Shown here: positions 1-6,670 of the stretch, piece by piece | How the letters are laid out: the number at the start of each line of letters is the position of its first letter | Numbering within the stretch: the stretch's first letter is position 1 | Source: Mycobacterium paraterrae | GTDB taxonomy: Bacteria; Actinomycetota; Actinomycetes; Mycobacteriales; Mycobacteriaceae | NCBI RefSeq assembly: GCF_022430545.2 | Contig: NZ_CP092488.2 | Location: 1,778,784 to 1,810,783 of the forward strand | Length of the DNA stretch: 32,000 nt | Direction of reading: 5' to 3' | Notes under the pieces: model-generated | What the model was told of the DNA's origin: nothing | What the model saw: only the letters and a program-made list of their open reading frames with translations | Databases searched by the model: none | Position numbers and translations under genes: made by a program

Positions 1-79
1 CTCGGCGCGACACCGGCGGCGCGTCCGCCGCGCAAGTCACGCGGCACCCGGACGGCGCGCGACGGCGCCCGCACGGCAA

Positions 80-2587
80 GTGAATAACGAAGGGCAGCAA
101 GACCACTCAGCCGCTGACGCCCCGAAAGGGTCAGGGGCCAATGGCGGGTCGAGGCAGCCGCGACGGGCCCCCGCCCGACCATCGGTGCCCGCCGACGACA
201 GGCTCACCACCATCCTTCCCCCGGTGCAGGACGAGGCTCCGAATCGGTTCCGGGATCCGATCGACGCGGTCAAGGCCGCGCTGGACGGCCGGGCCCAGCA
301 GCGCGCCACGGCCGACCCGCGCGACCCGCTGGCGCTGGCCTCGTCGGCGTTGAACGCCAAGTCGCCGCCGCGCAAGCCGCCCGCCGGTGGTGGCCCGCCG
401 CCGCCCGCCGGACCGCCGAAGGGCCCGCGGCGCGGGAAGCCACCGCTGCCCGACTGGGCTCAACGCCTGGACTGGGACTGGCTGGAGCACGTCAACTGGA
501 CGTGGGTCAAGCGCGGGCTGCTCGTCAGCGCCGTGGTGATCCTGCTGTTGCCGATCGTCACGTTCGCGATGGCCTACTTCATCGTCGACATTCCCAGGCC
601 CGGAGACATCCGCACCAATCAGGTCTCGACGATCCTGGCCAGCGACGGCTCCGAGCTGGCCAAAATCGTTCCGCCCGAAGGCAACCGGGTCGACGTCAAC
701 CTCGACCAGGTGCCGGTGCACGTCCGGCAGGCGGTGATCGCGGCCGAGGACCGAAACTTCTACTCCAATCCGGGCTTCTCGTTCACCGGTTTCGCACGGG
801 CGTTCAAGAACAACATCTTCGGCGGCGACACCCAGGGTGGGTCGACGATCACCCAGCAGTACGTCAAGAACGCCTTGGTCGGAGCTCAGCGCGCCGGGGT
901 CGGTGGTCTGATCCGAAAAGCCAAGGAACTCGTCATCGCCACCAAGATGTCGGGGGAGTGGTCGAAAGACGATGTGCTGCAGGCCTACCTGAACATCATT
1001 TACTTCGGCCGCGGCGCCTACGGGATCTCAGCGGCGTCGAAGGCCTACTTCAACAAACCCGTCGAACAGCTCACCGTCGCCGATGGCGCGCTGCTGGCCG
1101 CGCTGATCCAACGGCCCTCGACATTGGACCCCGCGGTCAACCTCGACGGCGCCAAAGAGCGGTGGAACTGGGTGCTCGACGGCATGGTCGATGACAAAGC
1201 GCTGACGGCGAAAGACCGCGCGGCCCAGCAGTTCCCGCCGACCGTGCCGCCCGAGCTGGCTCGCGAGCAGAACCAGACCACCGGACCCAACGGGCTGATC
1301 GAGCGTCAGGTAACCAAAGAGCTGATGGAGCTCTTCAATATCGACGAGCAGACGCTCAACACCCAGGGACTGCAGGTGACGACCACAATCGATCCGACGG
1401 CGCAGAAGGCCGCGGAGGACGCGGTGGCCAAGTACCTCGCCGGGCAGAACGCCGACATGCGCACGGCGGTCGTCTCGATCGATCCGCACGACGGCGCGGT
1501 CAAGGCGTATTACGGCGGCGCCGACGCCAACGGGTTCGACTTCGCCCAGGCCGGATTGCAGACTGGGTCGTCGTTCAAGGTGTTCGCTTTGGTCGCCGCG
1601 CTCGAACAGGGCATCGGCCTGGGCTACCAGGTCGACAGCTCGCCGCTGACCGTCAACGGCATCAAGATCACCAACGTCGAGGGTGAAGGCTGCGGGGTCT
1701 GCAACATCGCCGAGGCGCTGAAGCGGTCGCTGAACACGTCCTACTACCGGTTGATGCTGAAGCTGAAGAACGGGCCGGAGGACGTGGCTCAGGCCGCTCA
1801 TCAGGCCGGTGTCGCCGACAGCTTCCCGGGTGTCTCGCACACGCTGTCCGAGGACGGCAAGGGCGGCCCACCCAACAATGGGATCGTGTTGGGTCAGTAC
1901 CAGACTCGGCCGTTCGATATGGCCTCGGCGTACGCGACGCTGGCCGACTCCGGCATCTACCACCGCCCGCATTTCGTGCAGAAGGTGGTCAACAACGAGG
2001 GCAAGGTGCTGTTCGACGCCGCCACCTCCAACAACTCCGGTGAGCAGCGGATCCCCAAGGACGTCGCCGACAACGTCACCGCGGCGATGCAGCCGATCGC
2101 GTCGTATTCGCGCGGTCACGCTTTGGCCGGTGGACGACCGTCGGCCTCCAAGACCGGAACCACTCAGCTCGGCGACACCGACGCCGACAAGGACGCCTGG
2201 ATGGTCGGCTACACCCCGTCGCTGTCGACCGCGGTATGGGTCGGCACCGTGAAAGGTGACGTGCCGCTGGTCACCAAGGGGGGCGCGGCGGTCTACGGCT
2301 CCGGCCTGCCCTCCGACATCTGGAAGGCGACGATGGACGGTGCGCTGAAGGGCACCAACAACGAGTCGTTTCCCAAACCCACCGAGATCGGCGGATCCGC
2401 CGGCGTTCCCGCCGCGCCACCGCCACCACAACCGCCACAGATGACGGTCATCCAGCCCACAATGGAGATCGCGCCCGGCATCACGATTCCGATCGGTCCT
2501 CCGACGACCGTCCCGGTGGCACCCGTGCCGGTGGGCCCAGCCCCGGCGCCGGGAGGCCCTGAGCCGGGACCGCCGCCCCCGCCGTGA
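80..2587 (+). CDS. ponA1: Class A bifunctional penicillin-binding protein (transglycosylase/transpeptidase), PonA1-like
   Basis: 835-aa ORF with an Arg/Pro-rich cytoplasmic N-terminus and one TM helix (LLVSAVVILLLPIVTFAMAYFIV). GT51 motifs EDRNFYSNPGF, GGSTITQQYVKN and RKAKE. Transpeptidase boxes SSFK, SLNTS and KTGTT. Pro-rich C-terminal tail. Position upstream of rpsF-ssb-rpsR-rplI-dnaB as for Rv0050. The GTG at 80 is the longest start and the true start is uncertain. Confidence 0.9.
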   Translation: MNNEGQQDHSAADAPKGSGANGGSRQPRRAPARPSVPADDRLTTILPPVQDEAPNRFRDPIDAVKAALDGRAQQRATADPRDPLALASSALNAKSPPRKPPAGGGPPPPAGPPKGPRRGKPPLPDWAQRLDWDWLEHVNWTWVKRGLLVSAVVILLLPIVTFAMAYFIVDIPRPGDIRTNQVSTILASDGSELAKIVPPEGNRVDVNLDQVPVHVRQAVIAAEDRNFYSNPGFSFTGFARAFKNNIFGGDTQGGSTITQQYVKNALVGAQRAGVGGLIRKAKELVIATKMSGEWSKDDVLQAYLNIIYFGRGAYGISAASKAYFNKPVEQLTVADGALLAALIQRPSTLDPAVNLDGAKERWNWVLDGMVDDKALTAKDRAAQQFPPTVPPELAREQNQTTGPNGLIERQVTKELMELFNIDEQTLNTQGLQVTTTIDPTAQKAAEDAVAKYLAGQNADMRTAVVSIDPHDGAVKAYYGGADANGFDFAQAGLQTGSSFKVFALVAALEQGIGLGYQVDSSPLTVNGIKITNVEGEGCGVCNIAEALKRSLNTSYYRLMLKLKNGPEDVAQAAHQAGVADSFPGVSHTLSEDGKGGPPNNGIVLGQYQTRPFDMASAYATLADSGIYHRPHFVQKVVNNEGKVLFDAATSNNSGEQRIPKDVADNVTAAMQPIASYSRGHALAGGRPSASKTGTTQLGDTDADKDAWMVGYTPSLSTAVWVGTVKGDVPLVTKGGAAVYGSGLPSDIWKATMDGALKGTNNESFPKPTEIGGSAGVPAAPPPPQPPQMTVIQPTMEIAPGITIPIGPPTTVPVAPVPVGPAPAPGGPEPGPPPPP

Positions 2588-4200
2588 CGGATCGCGCCGA
2601 CATCTCACCGCGGCCCCTGGCCGACGACTTGCGCTCCGCCGATGACCGGGATTGCCCCAGCCGCAACGATTTTCTGGGCGCCGCGCTGTCGGGCGTCGTG
2701 GGCGGTCCGGTGGGACGGCACGCGATCATCGGGCGAACGGCGTTCATGACGCCGCTGCGGGTGATGTTCCTGATCGCGTTGGTGTTCCTGGCGCTGGGTT
2801 GGTCGACCAAGGCGCCCTGCCTGCAGACCGTCGGCACCGGGCCTGGCGACCAGCGCGTCGCCAACTGGCAGAACCAGCGGGCCTACTACGAGCTCTGCTA
2901 TTCCGACACCGTGCCGCTGTATGGCGCAGAATTGTTGAGCCAGGGTCTTTTTCCGTACAAGTCGAGTTGGATCGAGAAGGACGGCAGCGGCAAGCCGCAG
3001 ACCCGCTATGACGGCAAACCCGCGGTGCGTTACATGGAATATCCGGTGCTCACCGGGGTCTACCAATATGTGTCGATGTCGTTGGCCAAGACTTACACGG
3101 CGCTGAGCAGAATGATCCCGCTGCCGGTCATCGCCGAGGTGGTGGTGTTCTTCGACGTGGCCGCGCTCGGGTTGGCGTTGGCTTGGCTGGGAACCTTGTG
3201 GGCCACCGCTGGCCTGGCCGGGCGGCGGGTGTGGGACGCGGCGCTGGTCGGGGCGTCCCCACTGGTGATCTTTCAGATCTTCACCAATTTCGACGCGCTG
3301 GCAACGGCGTTGGCGCTCGGCGGGCTTCTGGCGTGGGCGCGGCGACGGCCGGTGCTGGCCGGTGTGCTGATCGGTCTGGGCGGCGCGGCCAAGCTGTACC
3401 CGCTGTTGCTGCTCGGACCGTTGCTGGTGCTGGGCATCCGTGTCGGACGGTTGCGTGAGGTGGCCCGCACCGCGGCCGCGGCGGTGGTGATGTGGCTGCT
3501 GGTGAATCTGCCGGTGCTCGTGCTGTTTCCGCGTGGGTGGTCGGAGTTCTTCCGGCTCAATGCTCGTCGCGGTGAAGACATGGATTCGCTGTACAACGTG
3601 GTCAAGTCGTTGTCCGGGTGGCGAGGATTCGACACCGATTTGGGTTTCTGGCAGCCGCCGACGAACCTGAACCGCGTTGTGCTGGCCCTGTTCGTATTGT
3701 GTTGTCTTGCAATTGCTTACGTCGCGCTGACGGCGCCGCGCCGGCCCCGGTTAGCTCAGCTGGCCTTCTTGGTGGTGGCGGCCTTCCTGCTGACCAACAA
3801 GGTGTGGAGCCCGCAATTCTCGTTGTGGCTGGTGCCGCTGGCAGTGCTGGCGCTGCCGCATCGGCGAATCCTGCTGGCGTGGATGACGATCGATGCGCTG
3901 GTCTGGGTGCCGCGGATGTACTACCTCTACAGCGTGCCCGATCGCGGGCTGCCGGAGCAGTGGTTCACCACGACGGTGCTGCTGCGTGACATCGCGGTGG
4001 TGATTCTGTGTGCGCTGGTGGTCCGCCAGATCTACCGGCCCGCCGATGACCTGGTCCGCTGGGACGGGCGCATCGACGATCCGGCCGGCGGCGTGTTCGA
4101 CCGCGCCCCCGACGCGCCACCGGCGTGGCTGCCGGAGTGGTTGCGACCCCTCGGCCTGCAGCGGGTCGAGCGCGCACCTGCGGCATCGACTGTGCACTGA
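2584..4200 (+). CDS. Polytopic integral membrane protein, Rv0051-like (possibly a GT-C/DUF2029-type glycosyltransferase)
   Basis: 538-aa ORF with many hydrophobic helices, for example VMFLIALVFLALGW, VVVFFDVAALGLALAWLG and LLLLGPLLVLGI. Its GTG start overlaps the ponA1 stop (GTGA at 2584-2587), suggesting translational coupling. Syntenic with Rv0051. Family assignment is from memory and is not verified. Confidence 0.75.
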   Translation: MTDRADISPRPLADDLRSADDRDCPSRNDFLGAALSGVVGGPVGRHAIIGRTAFMTPLRVMFLIALVFLALGWSTKAPCLQTVGTGPGDQRVANWQNQRAYYELCYSDTVPLYGAELLSQGLFPYKSSWIEKDGSGKPQTRYDGKPAVRYMEYPVLTGVYQYVSMSLAKTYTALSRMIPLPVIAEVVVFFDVAALGLALAWLGTLWATAGLAGRRVWDAALVGASPLVIFQIFTNFDALATALALGGLLAWARRRPVLAGVLIGLGGAAKLYPLLLLGPLLVLGIRVGRLREVARTAAAAVVMWLLVNLPVLVLFPRGWSEFFRLNARRGEDMDSLYNVVKSLSGWRGFDTDLGFWQPPTNLNRVVLALFVLCCLAIAYVALTAPRRPRLAQLAFLVVAAFLLTNKVWSPQFSLWLVPLAVLALPHRRILLAWMTIDALVWVPRMYYLYSVPDRGLPEQWFTTTVLLRDIAVVILCALVVRQIYRPADDLVRWDGRIDDPAGGVFDRAPDAPPAWLPEWLRPLGLQRVERAPAASTVH

Positions 4201-4365
4201 CGGCGCCGACCCGCCGAAACCGCTGGCGCAGTCAGTCGCTGAGCAGCGATTTCGCAAGCTCGCCGACTGTCCGGTAACCTACGACGGTTGCCGACGCAGG
4301 CGACCCTCCTGCCACGGAGAAATGAGCCGTGGCCGCAAACGACCATAGGAGGTGATGAGGTTCCC

Positions 4366-4656
4366 ATGCGTCCATACGAAATCATGGTCATCCTCGACCC
4401 CACTCTCGACGAGCGCACTGTTGCTCCGTCGCTGGAGACCTTCCTCAACGTTGTCCGCAAGGACGGCGGTTCGGTGGACAAGGTCGACATCTGGGGTCGG
4501 CGCCGGCTGGCGTACGAGATCGCCAAGCATGCGGAAGGCATTTATGCGGTCATCGATGTAAAGGCCGCCCCCGCGACGGTGTCCGAGCTCGACCGTCAGC
4601 TCAGCCTGAACGAGTCGGTGCTCCGCACCAAGGTGATGCGCACCGACAAGCACTAG
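4366..4656 (+). CDS. rpsF: 30S ribosomal protein S6
   Basis: [12 protein letters not shown]... is a typical S6 N-terminus. AGGAGGTGA RBS at 4348-4356 lies upstream of the ATG at 4366. The ORF-track start at 4288 is an upstream extension. Confidence 0.93.
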   Translation: MRPYEIMVILDPTLDERTVAPSLETFLNVVRKDGGSVDKVDIWGRRRLAYEIAKHAEGIYAVIDVKAAPATVSELDRQLSLNESVLRTKVMRTDKH

Positions 4657-4764
4657 ACCTGTTGGCGATTGGCCGCAGCACGTCCGAGCCGTTGCGTAGG
4701 CTCAGCGTGACTTGAGCGGATTCGCCGATTCGGAGCTTGACCCATATGGACCTAGGAGGTCTCA

Positions 4765-5283
4765 GTGGCTGGTGACACTGTCATCACGGTTATCGGAAAC
4801 CTGACTGCCGATCCCGAACTGCGTTTCACGCCGTCGGGCGCGGCCGTCGCGAACTTCACGGTGGCGTCGACCCCGCGGACGTTCGACCGTCAGACCAACG
4901 AGTGGAAGGACGGCGAAGCGCTGTTCCTCCGCTGCAACATCTGGCGTGAGGCTGCCGAGAACGTGGCTGAGAGCCTCACCCGCGGCTCGCGCGTAATCGT
5001 GAGCGGACGGCTCAAGCAGCGTTCGTTCGAGACCCGCGAGGGCGAGAAGCGGACCGTCGTCGAGCTCGAGGTCGACGAGATCGGCCCGTCATTGCGTTAC
5101 GCGACTGCCAAGGTGAACAAGGCCAGCCGCAGCGGCGGCGGTGGTGGCGGCTTCGGCGGCGGCGGAGGATCGCGCGCCCAGTCATCCCAGGGCGGCGGAA
5201 GTAGCGCCGGCGGCGACGACCCGTGGGGCAGCGCCCCGGCATCGGGCTCGTTCGGCGGCGGCGACGACGAGCCTCCCTTCTAA
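4765..5283 (+). CDS. ssb: Single-stranded DNA-binding protein
   Basis: OB-fold N-terminus ([29 protein letters not shown]), Gly-rich linker and acidic tip DDEPPF. AGGAGG RBS before the GTG at 4765. Confidence 0.95.
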   Translation: MAGDTVITVIGNLTADPELRFTPSGAAVANFTVASTPRTFDRQTNEWKDGEALFLRCNIWREAAENVAESLTRGSRVIVSGRLKQRSFETREGEKRTVVELEVDEIGPSLRYATAKVNKASRSGGGGGGFGGGGGSRAQSSQGGGSSAGGDDPWGSAPASGSFGGGDDEPPF

Positions 5284-5319
5284 CAAACTTGCACTAACGA
5301 CAGAACGAAAGAGAAAGAC

Positions 5320-5574
5320 ATGGCGAAGTCCACCAAGCGGCGCCCGGCACCGGAGAAGCCGGTCAAGACCCGCAAGTGCGTGTTCTGCTCCAAAAAGGGC
5401 CAGGACATCGACTACAAAGACACCCAGTTGCTGCGTACCTACATCAGTGAGCGCGGCAAGATCCGCGCCCGGCGGGTGACCGGCAACTGCGTCCAGCATC
5501 AGCGCGACGTCGCGCTCGCGGTCAAGAACGCCCGCGAGGTTGCGTTGCTGCCCTTCACCTCGTCGACGCGTTAA
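5320..5574 (+). CDS. rpsR: 30S ribosomal protein S18
   Basis: 84 aa. [43 protein letters not shown] is the canonical S18 core. Confidence 0.93.
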   Translation: MAKSTKRRPAPEKPVKTRKCVFCSKKGQDIDYKDTQLLRTYISERGKIRARRVTGNCVQHQRDVALAVKNAREVALLPFTSSTR

Positions 5575-5604
5575 TCGCGGTACGCAGAAACGGAATCAGC
5601 AGAC

Positions 5605-6063
5605 ATGAAGCTCATTTTGACTGCCGACGTGGACCACCTCGGTTCCACCGGCGAGACCGTCGAGGTCAAAGACGGCTATGGCCGCAACTACCTACTGCCG
5701 CGCGGCCTGGCGATCGTCGCCTCGCGCGGGGCGCAGAAGCAGGCCGACGACATTCGTCGCGCCCGTGACACCAAGCAGGTCCGCGACCTCGAGCACGCTA
5801 ACGAGATCAAGGCGGCCGTCGAGGGACTGGGCCCGGTGTCGCTCGCGGTGAGGACCGCGGGCGACTCGGGCAAGCTGTTCGGCTCGGTCACGACGGGTGC
5901 CGTCGTGACGGCCATCCGCAAGGCCGGTGGACCCAACCTCGACAAGCGCGTGGTGCGTTTGCCCAAGAGCCACATCAAGGCAGTCGGCACCCATCCGATT
6001 ACATTGCACGTGCACCCCGAGGTGGACGTGAAGGTCGAGCTCGACGTCGTCGCCGAGGCCTGA
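5605..6063 (+). CDS. rplI: 50S ribosomal protein L9
   Basis: 152 aa. [36 protein letters not shown] is the canonical L9 N-terminal domain. Confidence 0.93.
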   Translation: MKLILTADVDHLGSTGETVEVKDGYGRNYLLPRGLAIVASRGAQKQADDIRRARDTKQVRDLEHANEIKAAVEGLGPVSLAVRTAGDSGKLFGSVTTGAVVTAIRKAGGPNLDKRVVRLPKSHIKAVGTHPITLHVHPEVDVKVELDVVAEA

Positions 6064-6078
6064 GCGTCTCAAACCCGT

Positions 6079-6118
6079 AAACCCCGGTGGCGGCCGAAAC
6101 GGCAGCCCCGGGGTTTTT
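6079..6118 (+). terminator. Intrinsic terminator downstream of rplI
   Basis: AAACCCCGG (6079-6087) pairs with CCGGGGTTT (6108-6116). There is additional inner pairing (GCCG-AAA-CGGC), and the stem runs into TTTTT at 6114-6118, 16 nt after the rplI stop. Confidence 0.7.
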
Positions 6119-6143
6119 CACGTCCGCATAGCGAACTCCTAGG

Positions 6144-6158
6144 CGCCAGCAACCTTTA
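6144..6158 (+). repeat. 15-nt exact direct repeat, copy 1 (CGCCAGCAACCTTTA)
   Basis: Identical 15-mer recurs at 6408-6422, 264 bp downstream, inside the rplI-dnaB intergenic leader. Confidence 0.8.
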
Positions 6159-6407
6159 GCGAACGTTACCGTCCGTTAACGGTGGTAATCATTGGGCGCA
6201 ACACAACACGCCCGAAACGGCAACCCCGCCCGACACGCCGTAGATATTCCTATGCACACGAAATATGCAGGTGTGTGGTCCGCTTATCTGCAGTGATGTA
6301 GCAACGACGCATATTGCTCCACAGGTTCTCCACACCCCCTCAACACGGGCGCGGACGGATATGCACACACCATGCACAGGGTTATGAACAACCGCGTTTG
6401 TCGTCGC

Positions 6408-6422
6408 CGCCAGCAACCTTTA
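6408..6422 (+). repeat. 15-nt exact direct repeat, copy 2 (CGCCAGCAACCTTTA)
   Basis: Exact match to 6144-6158. Confidence 0.8.
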
Positions 6423-6670
6423 ACGTCGACCCGTCGTGAGGTGATGCTGGCGTTCGAAGACCGGCTCGACGGCTCGCGGTGGGTGTCCCGCCGTCCGCGA
6501 GTTGAGTCGGTTACGAGGGCGAAGGCCGTTGATCCGCTTGGGGTGGGGACCCCCCTTCGTGGGGTGAATCAAGCGGTTCGGCTGAGTCGAGCGATGTCGG
6601 TGGTGTGGCTTAACGTCATGCCGCCGGTGTCGAATGCGCGTTCGAACGTCGTGGAGGAGGCGGGAGTTTA

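Noticed and set aside
1028-2608. 526-aa ORF on the minus strand, plus other long antisense ORFs at 131-721, 6668-7912, 10571-11131, 11603-12124, 22353-23135, 26513-27199 and 29926-30492.
   Set aside because: All lie antisense to strongly supported genes (ponA1, dnaB, azoR, CGNR, car, SDR2, MDR). Their products are Arg/Gly/Pro-rich low-complexity strings typical of shadow ORFs in high-GC DNA.
5107-5270. GGC/GGT-rich repetitive stretch.
   Set aside because: It encodes the normal Gly-rich flexible linker of SSB and is not a DNA repeat element. The Pro-rich, C-rich stretches in ponA1 (about 360-420 and 2400-2580) are likewise coding low complexity.
6326-6334. Single DnaA-box-like 9-mer TTCTCCACA upstream of dnaB.
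   Set aside because: One degenerate 9-mer is expected by chance about once in a window of this size and no cluster of boxes is present. It is mentioned only as context within the leader finding.
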